A program made the position numbers and the translations under genes. DNA of 64,000 bases. It comes from an uncultured Acidimicrobiales bacterium. Lineage in GTDB: Bacteria > Actinomycetota > Acidimicrobiia > Acidimicrobiales > Aldehydirespiratoraceae. Shown one piece after another: positions 38,320 through 47,223 of the stretch (positions are counted from its first letter, which is position 1; each line of letters starts with the position of its first letter). The stretch is from the NCBI GenBank assembly GCA_958296055.1, contig CATQHS010000001.1, forward strand, positions 692,277-756,276, given 5' to 3'. The notes beneath the pieces are model-generated. The model saw only the letters and a program-made list of their open reading frames with translations. It did not search any database and was not told the DNA's origin.

Positions 38320-38913
38320 ATGAGGGCGGTGAGCGTGGTCACCGGCACGGCGGTGCCCTTGGACCGCTCCGACGTGGACACCGACCAGATAATCCCGTCG
38401 GACTGGCTCAAGCGGGTGGAGCGCACCGGCTTCGGGAGGGGCCTGTTCTCGCAGTGGCGCGACGACCGGGGCTTCGTGCTCAACGACGAGCGCTACGCCG
38501 GGGCCTCCATCCTGGTGGCCGGGGTCAACTTCGGCACCGGGTCGTCCCGGGAGCACGCGGTGTGGGCCATCCAGCAGTACGGCTTCGAGGCGGTGGTCAG
38601 CCCCCGCTTCGCCGACATCTTCCGCAACAACTGCACCAAAAACGGCCTGGTGCCGGTGCAGGTGGACCCCGAAGTCGGGGCCCGGCTCATGGCCGCGGTG
38701 CAGGCCGACCCGGGCCTGGAGATCACCGTCGACGTGACCCGCCTCCGCCTCGAGGCCCCCGCCATCGGCCTAGAGGCCGACTTCCCCCTCGACGCCGGCA
38801 CCCGGACCCGGTTCCTGGAAGGCCTTGACGACATCGACCTGACCCTGCGCCACGCCAACGCCATCACCTCCTACGAGCAGACCCGCCAGACCTGGCTCCC
38901 GTCAGCCACCTGA
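38320..38913 (+). CDS. leuD: 3-isopropylmalate dehydratase small subunit
   Basis: 197 aa. DVDTDQIIPSDWLK...NFGTGSSREHAVWAIQQYGF...FADIFRNNCTKNGL. Confidence 0.93.
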   Translation: MRAVSVVTGTAVPLDRSDVDTDQIIPSDWLKRVERTGFGRGLFSQWRDDRGFVLNDERYAGASILVAGVNFGTGSSREHAVWAIQQYGFEAVVSPRFADIFRNNCTKNGLVPVQVDPEVGARLMAAVQADPGLEITVDVTRLRLEAPAIGLEADFPLDAGTRTRFLEGLDDIDLTLRHANAITSYEQTRQTWLPSAT

Positions 38914-38943
38914 CCGGACGGAGCGGCGCCGAGGGCAGACGCT

Positions 38944-39111
38944 TTACTCCCAAGCGGCTAGCTCATCCTCCGGCAGCGGCTCGAAGAAACGGTCGTCGAT
39001 CTCGGCTTGGTCCTTCATGGCACCGAACCGGCGGACGCCTCGCTCGTCGGACGGAGCGGCTCGTGTCGGGGCATCGTCGGTGGGGGTAGGCTGATTGGCC
39101 ATGCGACCCAT
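38944..39111 (-). CDS. Small ORF ending in an antitoxin-like tail (hypothetical)
   Basis: 55 aa from ATG 39111. The C-terminus ...FGAMKDQAEIDDRFFEPLPEDELAAWE resembles the ...G.I.I.DDFDAPLPE..L..FE tails of Phd/VapB-type antitoxins. No toxin gene is adjacent. Its start overlaps the start of the divergent ORF at 39095. Confidence 0.3.
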   Translation of the reverse strand: MGRMANQPTPTDDAPTRAAPSDERGVRRFGAMKDQAEIDDRFFEPLPEDELAAWE

Positions 39112-39490
39112 GTTGGCCCGGGTGTTCCGGCTGATCAAGATCGGCGCCATCAGCGGGCTGATCGTCGGGGCGATTCGCATGTTGCTGGGGCGGAGACAGC
39201 CCCCGGTGACCGGGGAGGCGTCCTGGCCCACCCTGGCCGAGCGGGCCGGCGCCGCTCAGGCCCAGCAGAGCGAGCCCGCAGCCGACGAGCAAGCCGAACC
39301 GGCCGACGGCGAGGACTGGGTCGAGCCGGTGGACGGGGCCTGCCCGGCCACCCACCCGGTGAAGGGCAAGCCCGGCTCGGGCATCTTCCACCTGCCCGGC
39401 GGCCTCTTCTACGACCGGACCGTGCCCGAGCGGTGCTACCGGTCGGCCGAGGCCGCCGAGGCCGACGGGCTCCGACCGGCCAAGCGCTGA
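39095..39490 (+). CDS. Membrane-anchored hypothetical protein with a conserved-looking C-terminal module
   Basis: 131 aa with very GC-rich third positions. The N-terminal helix is IKIGAISGLIVGAIRMLL. The C-terminus HPVKGKPGSGIFHLPGGLFYDRTVPERCYRSAEAAEADGLRPAKR resembles a short C-terminal module found on diverse bacterial proteins. I believe it is called the sunset domain, but I have not verified that. Confidence 0.55.
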   Translation: MAMRPMLARVFRLIKIGAISGLIVGAIRMLLGRRQPPVTGEASWPTLAERAGAAQAQQSEPAADEQAEPADGEDWVEPVDGACPATHPVKGKPGSGIFHLPGGLFYDRTVPERCYRSAEAAEADGLRPAKR

Positions 39491-39560
39491 AGCCGGTCCT
39501 GAAACGCCCCTAGGGCGGCAACCGGTTGAGCGAGCCGCCGGGCCCGGCCCGCCGGACCGG

Positions 39561-41603
39561 CTACTGGTCGAGGCCGCGGATCTTCACAGAGGGCAGGTCG
39601 CCGGCGGGCTCGAACCCCAGCACCCGGCCGAAGAAGGCCAGCTCCGACTCCAGTGCGGCGACGATGGTCTCGGCCCGCCGGAACCCGTGCTGCTCCCCCT
39701 CGAAGAGCAGGTAGGCCACCGGGACGCCTCTGGACTCCAGGGCGTCGACTATGGCCGAGGACTGGCCGGGCGGAACGATGGCGTCCTCGGACCCCTGCAA
39801 CACGATCAGGGGGGCGTCGATGCGCTCGGCGCTGTTGATCGGGGAGCGCTCCTCGTAGAGGCGGCGGGCCTCGGGGTAGGGGCCGACCAGGGTATCGAGA
39901 TAGCGGGACTCGAACTTGTGGGTATCGGCGGCCAGGGCACCCAGGTCGGCCACGCCGTAGCGGCTAGCGCCGGCCGCGAACCCGTCGTGGAAGGCCAGCG
40001 CGGCCAGCACGGTGAGACCCCCGGCGCTGGAGCCTCGGATGATGAGCCGCTCGGGGTCGGCGTCGCCCCGGTCCACCAGGTACCGGGCCGCGGCCGCGCA
40101 GTCGGCCACGTCGATCACCCCCCAGCCCCCCTCTAAGGCCCGGCGGTACGGACGGCCGTAGCCGGTGGAGCCCCGGTAGTCGACGTCGACCACCGCTATG
40201 CCCCGGGACGTCCAGTACAGGATGGAGGGCTGGAGCTGGCGGCGGGCCGCGGCGGTGGGGCCGCCGTGGGCCAGCACCAACAGCGGGGGCAGCTCGCCGG
40301 GCGGTCCGGCCCAGCCGGGGTTGGCGGGCCGGTAGTAGAGGCCGTGGGCCCGGTCGGTGGCGCCCGGCCCGGCGCCGCCGACGGGTTCAGCGGGGAAGGT
40401 GATGGCCTCGGGCGGCGCCGCGAACCCCTCGCCGAACCCCAGCGGGCGGGACGGCCGGATCACCCGCCGCTCCGGCGACGGCTCCCCGCCGCCGCTGGCC
40501 CCAGCGGCGACAGCGACGACTTCGGGCTCGTGGCCCCAGCCCGCCGCCGCGTAGGCCACGGCCCCGGTGTCGGCCATCACCGCCACCGAGGCGATGGCCG
40601 AATCGGAACCGGCGGCGGAGATCGACGCGGGCTCGGCCGCGGTCGAGCCGCCGGGCAGGACCACCGGCGAACTCCCGGCGGCGGCGAAGACCAGCTCGTC
40701 GCCGGTCGGGCGGCCGGCCGCGGCGACGACCCCGGCCGGGCCCGCCCCCCAGCGCTGCATTCCCAGCACCCAGGCCGGGCCGCCGGCCACGTCGCACTCC
40801 CCGGTTATCACCCCGGCCAGGGCCCCGGTGACCAGATCGACCTCGTAGAGGTTCCACCAGTCGTCGTGGTCGCTGCACACCAGCAGGCGATCTCCCCACC
40901 AGCCGGGCTGGACCAGGCTCCGGTCTCCCCTCTCCCCCACCACCGCCACCTCGGCCCCCAAGGTGCCGTCGCCCAGTTCGTACACGTGCAGCCGGGTGGC
41001 GTCCCAGGGCATGTCGGGATGGTTCCAGGCGATCCAGGCCAGCCGGTCGCCGGCGGGCGAGGGCCGGGGGGCCATGGCGAAGTCGGACCCCGACCACAGC
41101 ACCTCGACCCGCTGGGACCCGTCGGCGGCCACCGCCACCAGCTCGTTGACGGGCTCTCCGCCGGACTCGACGCGGTGGCGCTCCCGCACGCAAACGCACC
41201 AGCGCCCGTCGGGGGTCACCCGCCCGTCGGCGTAGCGCCAGGCCCGGGGCGCCGGCGGCTGAGGGGTGAGCATCACCGGGTCGGCGCCGGGGCGGTCCAG
41301 GCGGCGCAGGCGCTGGTCGGCGTGATCGACGTAGAAGAGCCGACCGTCGCCGGGCCACCAAGCCCCGCCCCCGTACTCGTGCACCAGGGTGCGCACGTTG
41401 GCGTCGGGGCCGGTGAACTCCTCGGTGAGCCCGGTGCGCAGGCAATGGCGCATCACCGCGGCGCGGCCCCGTTCTTCGGGCCGGGTCTCGGCCCACCACA
41501 GGTATCGGGCCTGCACCGGGTCGGCCATCACCTCGGCGATCCCCGCCGCCCCGGTCACCAGGGACTCGGCGCTGATGGGCGACGGCCAGGCCCCGTAGGG
41601 CAT
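39561..41603 (-). CDS. S9 family serine peptidase (prolyl oligopeptidase / dipeptidyl aminopeptidase type)
   Basis: ATG at 41603 (MPYGAWPSPISAESL...), 680 aa. A beta-propeller-like N-terminal half, then HGGPTAAA...VDVDYRGSTGYG...IRGSSAGGLTVLAAL...LQGSEDAIVP...EGEQHGF. Confidence 0.85.
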   Translation of the reverse strand: MPYGAWPSPISAESLVTGAAGIAEVMADPVQARYLWWAETRPEERGRAAVMRHCLRTGLTEEFTGPDANVRTLVHEYGGGAWWPGDGRLFYVDHADQRLRRLDRPGADPVMLTPQPPAPRAWRYADGRVTPDGRWCVCVRERHRVESGGEPVNELVAVAADGSQRVEVLWSGSDFAMAPRPSPAGDRLAWIAWNHPDMPWDATRLHVYELGDGTLGAEVAVVGERGDRSLVQPGWWGDRLLVCSDHDDWWNLYEVDLVTGALAGVITGECDVAGGPAWVLGMQRWGAGPAGVVAAAGRPTGDELVFAAAGSSPVVLPGGSTAAEPASISAAGSDSAIASVAVMADTGAVAYAAAGWGHEPEVVAVAAGASGGGEPSPERRVIRPSRPLGFGEGFAAPPEAITFPAEPVGGAGPGATDRAHGLYYRPANPGWAGPPGELPPLLVLAHGGPTAAARRQLQPSILYWTSRGIAVVDVDYRGSTGYGRPYRRALEGGWGVIDVADCAAAARYLVDRGDADPERLIIRGSSAGGLTVLAALAFHDGFAAGASRYGVADLGALAADTHKFESRYLDTLVGPYPEARRLYEERSPINSAERIDAPLIVLQGSEDAIVPPGQSSAIVDALESRGVPVAYLLFEGEQHGFRRAETIVAALESELAFFGRVLGFEPAGDLPSVKIRGLDQ

Positions 41604-41691
41604 GACCGCCGGGCTGGTCACCGGCTCGCGTCCGGCCGATTGACGACGCGGCCCGGCCGCCCCGCCAGCGCGGCGGCGGCCCGCGACGCGG

Positions 41692-42897
41692 TCACCGGCG
41701 CTCGCCCAGCAGTTCGACGATGCGGTCCACCCCCTCGACCAAGTCGTCGTCGGCCAGGGCGAAGGAGAGCCGGATGCCGCCGGGGGCGCCGAACACCTCG
41801 CCGGGGACCACGGCCACCTTGGCCTGCTCCAGCAGGACCCGGGCCAGCTCCAGGGTGGTGGCCGGGGTGGTCCCGGCGAGGTCGCGGCCCAGCACCCCGG
41901 CCATGTCCGGGAAGGCGTAGAAGGCGCCCTGGGGCTCGGGGCAGACCACACCGTCGATGCCGCTCAGCATCTCATGCATCCTCCGGCGTCGGCGGTCGAA
42001 GTGGCTCCGCATCTCGGCCACCGCGTCCAGCGGCCCCGACACCGCGGCCAGAGCCGCGGCCTGGGCCACGTTGCCGACGTTGGCGGTGGTGTGGGACTGC
42101 AGGGCCAGCGCCGCCTTCACCACGTCGGGCGGCCCGATCATCCAGCCGACCCGCCATCCGGTCATGGCGTAGGTCTTGGCCACGCCGTTGACCACGATGC
42201 AGGCGTCGCGGATCTCCGGGACCAGCACCGGCAGGGAATGGTGCTCGTTGTCGCCGTACACCAGGTGCTCGTAGATCTCATCGGCGATCACCCAGACGCC
42301 GTGCTCGGCCGCCCACCGGCCGATGGCGGCGATCTCCGAGCGGGGGTAGACGGCGCCGGTGGGATTCGAGGGCGACGTGAAGATCAGGGCCTTGGTGCGG
42401 GGGGTGCGGGCCGCTTCGAGCTGCTCGACGGTCACCCGGTAGCCCTGGGCCGCGCCGGCGGGCACCGGCACGGTCACCCCGCCGGACAGGGCGATGGGCT
42501 CGGGGTAGGTGAGCCAGTACGGCGCCGGCACCAGTACCTCGTCGCCGGGGTCGACGATGGCCGAGAGGGCGTTGAAGACGGCGTGCTTGCCCCCGTTGCT
42601 CACCAGCACCTCCGACGGCACCACCTGAAGGCCCGAGTCGCGGGCTGTCTTGGCCGCGATGGCCTCTCTGAGCTCGGGCAGGCCGCCGGCCGGCGAGTAC
42701 TTGTGGTTCCTCGGGTCGCGGCAGGCGGCGGCCGCCGCGGCCACGATGTAGTCGGGGGTGGGGAAGTCGGGCTCGCCCGCGCCGAACCCGATCACGCTCT
42801 CCCCCGCGGCCCGCAGCTCCTGGGCCTTGGCCGTGATGGCGAGGGTGGCCGACGGGGTGATGGCGCCGACCCGGCGGGAGACTCGGGGCTTGGTCAT
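41692..42897 (-). CDS. Pyridoxal-phosphate-dependent aminotransferase (aspartate aminotransferase class I)
   Basis: ATG at 42897 ([21 protein letters not shown]...), 401 aa. [28 protein letters not shown] and [16 protein letters not shown]. Confidence 0.88.
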   Translation of the reverse strand: MTKPRVSRRVGAITPSATLAITAKAQELRAAGESVIGFGAGEPDFPTPDYIVAAAAAACRDPRNHKYSPAGGLPELREAIAAKTARDSGLQVVPSEVLVSNGGKHAVFNALSAIVDPGDEVLVPAPYWLTYPEPIALSGGVTVPVPAGAAQGYRVTVEQLEAARTPRTKALIFTSPSNPTGAVYPRSEIAAIGRWAAEHGVWVIADEIYEHLVYGDNEHHSLPVLVPEIRDACIVVNGVAKTYAMTGWRVGWMIGPPDVVKAALALQSHTTANVGNVAQAAALAAVSGPLDAVAEMRSHFDRRRRRMHEMLSGIDGVVCPEPQGAFYAFPDMAGVLGRDLAGTTPATTLELARVLLEQAKVAVVPGEVFGAPGGIRLSFALADDDLVEGVDRIVELLGERR

Positions 42898-42972
42898 GGC
42901 CCTGAGCGTACCGACGGGCGCCGGGGGCGGGGGCGGCGTCACCGGAGGGGTTCCGGCTGCCAGACTGGGGGG

Positions 42973-44163
42973 GTGACCGCTAGTCCCGCCACCCCCTTGG
43001 ACGGCGGCGCCGTCCCCGGCGCCGCCGTCGCAGACATCGTCATCCCCGCCGGTCTGCGGCCCGCCGACGGGCGGTTCGGCTGCGGCCCGGCCAAGGTGAG
43101 GCCCGAGGCGGTGGCCGAGCTGGCCCGCCGGGCCGTCGACTACATGGGCACCAGCCACCGCCGGGCCGGGGTGCGGTCGGTGGCGGCCGATCTGCGCCGC
43201 GGCGTGGCCGAGCTGCTGCGGGCCCCCGACGGCTACGAGATCGTCCTCGGCAACGGCGGGGCCACCGCCTTCTGGGACGCGGCCTCCTTCGGCCTGATCG
43301 AGCGGCGCAGCCATCACCTGTCGCTGGGCGAGTTCAGCTCGAAATTCACGGCCGTGACCCGGGCCGCGCCCCATCTCGACGACCCGTCGGTGCACGAGTC
43401 AGAGCCCGGCGCCCGGCCCCCGATCGCCGCCGTTGCTGGGGTCGACGCCTGCTGCTATCCCCACAACGAGACCTCCACCGGGGTGATGATCCTCCCCGAG
43501 CGGCCCGGCGGAGCCGACGGCACCTCGGCCTCGGAGGTGGTGACGCTGGTGGACGCCACCTCGGCCGCGGGCGGCCTCGAGTTCGACCCGGCCGCGGTGG
43601 ACGCCTACTACTTCGCGCCCCAAAAGGCCCTCTCCAGCGACGGCGGGCTCTGGATCGCCATGGTCTCGCCAGCCGCGGCGGAGCGGATCGAGCGCATCTC
43701 CGCCTCGGGGCGCTGGACGCCGGCCTTCCTAGACCTCAAGGCCGCCCTGGACCTCTCCCGCAAGGACCAGACCTACAACACCCCGGCCCTGGCCACCCTG
43801 CTCCTCACCGCCACCCAGGTGGGCTGGATGAACGACAACGGGGGTCTGGGGTGGGCCGCGGCCCGCTCCCGCCGGTCGTCGGAGATCCTCTACGGCTGGG
43901 CCGAGACCTCCGAGATCGCCGCTCCCTTCGTGACCGACCTGGCCTATCGCAGCCCGCTGGTGGGCACCATCGACTTCGACCCCCGCCTCGACGCCGACGT
44001 TCTGGCCGGGGTGCTGCGGGCCAACGGGATCATCGACACCGATGGCTACCGCAAGCTGGGCCGCAATCAGCTCCGGATCGGCATGTTCCCCGCGGTCGAG
44101 CCCTCCGACGTGGAGGCCCTCACCGCCTGCATCGACTACGTGGCCGAACGCCTCGCCCCCTAA
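42973..44163 (+). CDS. serC: Phosphoserine aminotransferase (actinobacterial type)
   Basis: GTG at 42973. [12 protein letters not shown]...[12 protein letters not shown]...NETSTGV...[16 protein letters not shown]...[10 protein letters not shown]...GGLGW...[18 protein letters not shown]. Confidence 0.85.
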   Translation: MTASPATPLDGGAVPGAAVADIVIPAGLRPADGRFGCGPAKVRPEAVAELARRAVDYMGTSHRRAGVRSVAADLRRGVAELLRAPDGYEIVLGNGGATAFWDAASFGLIERRSHHLSLGEFSSKFTAVTRAAPHLDDPSVHESEPGARPPIAAVAGVDACCYPHNETSTGVMILPERPGGADGTSASEVVTLVDATSAAGGLEFDPAAVDAYYFAPQKALSSDGGLWIAMVSPAAAERIERISASGRWTPAFLDLKAALDLSRKDQTYNTPALATLLLTATQVGWMNDNGGLGWAAARSRRSSEILYGWAETSEIAAPFVTDLAYRSPLVGTIDFDPRLDADVLAGVLRANGIIDTDGYRKLGRNQLRIGMFPAVEPSDVEALTACIDYVAERLAP

Positions 44164-44176
44164 GGTTTTCTGGACC

Positions 44177-44521
44177 GTGGAACCTGAGGAACCAGCCGGC
44201 GAGACGGTGGAGATCCGGCCGGGGGCCCGCTACCGGTGCCCGGACTGCCCCACCGAGGTGGTGGTGGTCAAAGGCGAAGGCCGGGGCCGCCTGACCTGCG
44301 GCGGCACTCCCATGTCCGACCCCGCCGCCGTTGACGCCGCCCCGGGCGGCGCCTCCCCGGGAGACGGGGATACGGAGGCCGCGACCCTGCTGGGCAAACG
44401 CTACGGCGACCCCGGCGACACCGTGGAGGTGCTGTGCACCAAAGCCGGGGCCGGCCCTCTGGGTCTGGACGGCGCGGTGTTGTCGGTGAAGGCGCCCAAG
44501 CCCCTGCCCGCCTCGGACTGA
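44177..44521 (+). CDS. Small hypothetical protein with a partial Cys ribbon
   Basis: 114 aa from GTG 44177, 14 nt after the serC stop. YRCPDCPTEVVVVKGEGRGRLTCGGTPM has the layout of a desulforedoxin-like knuckle with only three Cys. The C-terminus is GKRYGDPGDTVEVLCTKAGAG. Confidence 0.5.
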   Translation: MEPEEPAGETVEIRPGARYRCPDCPTEVVVVKGEGRGRLTCGGTPMSDPAAVDAAPGGASPGDGDTEAATLLGKRYGDPGDTVEVLCTKAGAGPLGLDGAVLSVKAPKPLPASD

Positions 44522-44549
44522 CCCCCGCCGCCGCTGAAGCCGCCGGCCC

Positions 44550-44645
44550 ATGAACCGCCGCCATCCCATGAGAGCCATCCCATGAGCCATCGCCATCCCG
44601 TGAGACGCCGCCCATGAGAGCCATCCCGTGAGAGGCCGCCCGTGA
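44550..44645 (+). promoter_or_regulatory. 14/18-nt repeat array forming four RTGA-linked mini-ORFs that end in the start codon of the downstream acyl-CoA synthetase gene
   Basis: The mini-ORFs are 44550-44585 MNRRHPMRAIP*, 44582-44617 MSHRHPVRRRP*, 44614-44631 MRAIP* and 44628-44645 (V)RGRP*. Each TGA overlaps the next ATG or GTG. The last TGA (44643-44645) overlaps the GTG at 44642 of the main ORF. Confidence 0.6.
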
Positions 44646-46159
44646 ACCTGATGCTGCTGCTGGAGATGGCCGCCGCCGCGGGCGGCGACCGGGTGGCGGC
44701 CGGGTCGGGGCCCGGCGCCGTCACCTACCGGCAGCTCATGGACGAGACCGCAGCTCTGGCCGGGCGGATTAGGGCCTCGGGGGCGGAGTACCTGGTGGTG
44801 TGCGACGAGTCGAGCCCGGCCCTGGTGACCGCCCTGTTCGGGGCGGCCTGGGCCGGAGCGCCCTACGTGCCCCTCAACTACCGGCTGACCCCGGGCGAGC
44901 TGGCCGCCCTGGCCGCCCGGACCCGCCCGGCCCTGGCCCTTGTCGGCGACGGCGACCCGGCCGGGCTGGGGCTCGCCGACGGCATCGAGGCCATCGAGTT
45001 GTCCCGGCTCCGGGCCGACCCCGGCGGCGGCAGCGAGCCGGCCGAAGCGGGTTCGTGGCCCATGGACCCCGACGCGGTCGCCGTCTTGTTGTACACCAGC
45101 GGCACCACCGGCCCCCCCAAGTCGGCGGTGCTGAGACACCGCCATCTGACGTCCTACATCTTCGGGGCGTCGGAGCTGATGGCCGCGGGACCCGACGAGG
45201 CCAATCTGATCGCGGTGCCGCCGTATCACATCGCCGGGGTGGCCATCACCCTGTCGCAGATCTACATCGGGCGGCGGATCGTGTACATGCCCCGCTTCGA
45301 CCCCGACGGCTGGATCGACCTGGTCCGCTCCGAGGGCATCACCCACGCCATGGTGGTGCCGACCATGCTGACCCACATCGTCGACGCCCTCGACCGGCGG
45401 GGCGAAACGATCACCTCGCTGCGCTCGCTGGCCTACGGCGGGGGCCGGGCCCACCCCTCGGTGGTGGAGAAGGCCCTGGGCCTGTTCCCCGAGACCGGCT
45501 TCGTGAACGCCTACGGGCTCACCGAGACCAGCGCCACCGTGAGCCTGCTCAGCCCCGACGACCACCGGGCCGCGGCCGCCTCTTCCGACCCCGGGGCCCG
45601 GGCCCGGCTGGCGTCGGCGGGGCGGCCCATCCCCGCGGTGGAGGTGTCGATACGAGACGGCGCTGGGGCCGAGGTCTCACCGGGCGCCAGCGGCGAGGTC
45701 TGGGTCCGGGGGGCCCAGGTGGCCGGCGAGTACCTGGAGGGCGGGGCCCGGCTCGACCCCGACGGCTGGTTCGCCACCCGCGACACCGGCTACGTCGACG
45801 CCGACGGCTACCTGTACCTGCTGGGCCGCGACGACGACATCATCATCCGGGGGGGCGAGAACCTGTCGCCGGGCGAGATCGAGGACGTGCTGCTGAGCCA
45901 CGACCGGGTGCTGGACGCGGCCGCGGTGGGGATGGGCAGCCGGGAGTGGGGCGAGGAGGTGGCGGTGTTCGTGGTGGCCTCGGCGCCAGCGCCGTCGGAG
46001 GCCGAGCTCTGCGAGCTGGTGCGGTCTCGGCTCCGGTCCAGCCGGGTCCCCGCCCGGGTGGTCTTCACCGACGAGCTCCCCTACAACGAAACGGGCAAGA
46101 TCCTGCGCCGGGTCCTCAGAGCCCGCCTGGCCGACCCCGCCGCCGCCGCCGGCTCGTGA
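44642..46159 (+). CDS. AMP-dependent synthetase/ligase (acyl-CoA synthetase family)
   Basis: 505 aa. LLYTSGTTGPPKSAVLRH, YGLTETS, DTGYVDADGYLYLLGRDDDIIIRGGENL and the GKILRR lysine motif. Confidence 0.88.
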   Translation: MNLMLLLEMAAAAGGDRVAAGSGPGAVTYRQLMDETAALAGRIRASGAEYLVVCDESSPALVTALFGAAWAGAPYVPLNYRLTPGELAALAARTRPALALVGDGDPAGLGLADGIEAIELSRLRADPGGGSEPAEAGSWPMDPDAVAVLLYTSGTTGPPKSAVLRHRHLTSYIFGASELMAAGPDEANLIAVPPYHIAGVAITLSQIYIGRRIVYMPRFDPDGWIDLVRSEGITHAMVVPTMLTHIVDALDRRGETITSLRSLAYGGGRAHPSVVEKALGLFPETGFVNAYGLTETSATVSLLSPDDHRAAAASSDPGARARLASAGRPIPAVEVSIRDGAGAEVSPGASGEVWVRGAQVAGEYLEGGARLDPDGWFATRDTGYVDADGYLYLLGRDDDIIIRGGENLSPGEIEDVLLSHDRVLDAAAVGMGSREWGEEVAVFVVASAPAPSEAELCELVRSRLRSSRVPARVVFTDELPYNETGKILRRVLRARLADPAAAAGS

Positions 46160-46184
46160 CCGGAGCCCCCCGGCGCGGTCGGCC

Positions 46185-47183
46185 GTGACCGAATCCGGCC
46201 GGGGCCGGGTCCTGCGCTGGTCGCTGGCCGAGGCCCGGACCGTCTTGGCCGGGCCCGATCTCGACCGCGCCGTCGCCGACGGCAAGGCCGCGGCCGTGGC
46301 GGTGGCCACCGGCGACGACCCGGCCGACGATGTGGGCCGGGCCCTGGCCCGGCTGCCCGTGGTGGCGGTGGCGGCCGGCGCCGGGAGCGATGCCTGGGAC
46401 GTGGTCGCCGCCGACCCGGGCCCGGTGCTGGCCGGGGTGGAGGCCAACCCGGACGCCTCGGTGATCGCAGCCCAGACCCTGCGCCGCACCGCGGTGCTGG
46501 GCCTCGACGACGGCCTGCTGGTCGAGAGCCTGGCCTACGCCGTTCTGCAGGCCGGGCCCGAGCACCGGCGCTGGCTGCACGGGCGGGGTCGGCGGGTCCG
46601 GCGCGACCGCCACCAACGGAGGGTGACGGTCACCGACCGAGGCGACGCCGTCACCGTCACGCTGGACCGGCCCCGGCTGTTCAACCTGTTCGACGCGGCC
46701 ATGCGCGACGAGCTGGCCGACGTGCTGCGAGCCCTGGGGGCCGGTTCGGACCGGCGGCCGGTGGTGCTGACCGGGGCCTCCGGCGCCTTCTGCGCGGGCG
46801 GCGACCCGGCCGAGTTCGGCACCGTGGAAGACCCCGTCCGGGCCCACCTGATCCGCTCCGAGGCCTCCGTGGCCCCAGGGCTGGCCGCCATCGCCCCCCG
46901 GGTCACCGCCCTAGTGGACGGGGCCTGCGCCGGGGCCGGGGTGGAGCTGGCCGCCTTCTGCGGAACGGTGCGAGCCACCCGGCGGGTCCGGTTCCGGCTG
47001 CCGGAGCTGGCCATGGGCCTGATCTGCGGAACGGGGGGGATGGTGAGCATCCCTCGCCGCATCGGCCGCCAGCGCACCCTTGAATGGCTGCTGACCGGTG
47101 CCGAGCTGGACTCGGACACGGCCCGGCGCTGGGGCTTGGTAGACGAACTGGTGGACGAGACAGCCGACGAGATCGAGCCCTGA
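46185..47183 (+). CDS. Enoyl-CoA hydratase/isomerase (crotonase) family protein with atypical domain order
   Basis: 332 aa. The crotonase core VTVTLDRPRLFNLFD...GASGAFCAGGDPAEFG...VDGACAGAGVELAAFC...LLTGAELDSDTARRWGLVDELV lies in the C-terminal half and ends without the usual helical tail. The N-terminal ~150 aa end in ...LVESLAYAVLQAGPEHRRWL, which looks like such a tail. Confidence 0.75.
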   Translation: MTESGRGRVLRWSLAEARTVLAGPDLDRAVADGKAAAVAVATGDDPADDVGRALARLPVVAVAAGAGSDAWDVVAADPGPVLAGVEANPDASVIAAQTLRRTAVLGLDDGLLVESLAYAVLQAGPEHRRWLHGRGRRVRRDRHQRRVTVTDRGDAVTVTLDRPRLFNLFDAAMRDELADVLRALGAGSDRRPVVLTGASGAFCAGGDPAEFGTVEDPVRAHLIRSEASVAPGLAAIAPRVTALVDGACAGAGVELAAFCGTVRATRRVRFRLPELAMGLICGTGGMVSIPRRIGRQRTLEWLLTGAELDSDTARRWGLVDELVDETADEIEP

Positions 47184-47223
47184 CCGCCCCCGACCGGGGC
47201 TTGCCGGCCCGGCCGCTCGAAGG

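Noticed and set aside
36555-38483. A 642-aa minus-strand ORF antisense to leuC
   Set aside because: It is a shadow ORF of a highly conserved gene, with composition typical of antisense GC-rich frames and no recognisable domain.
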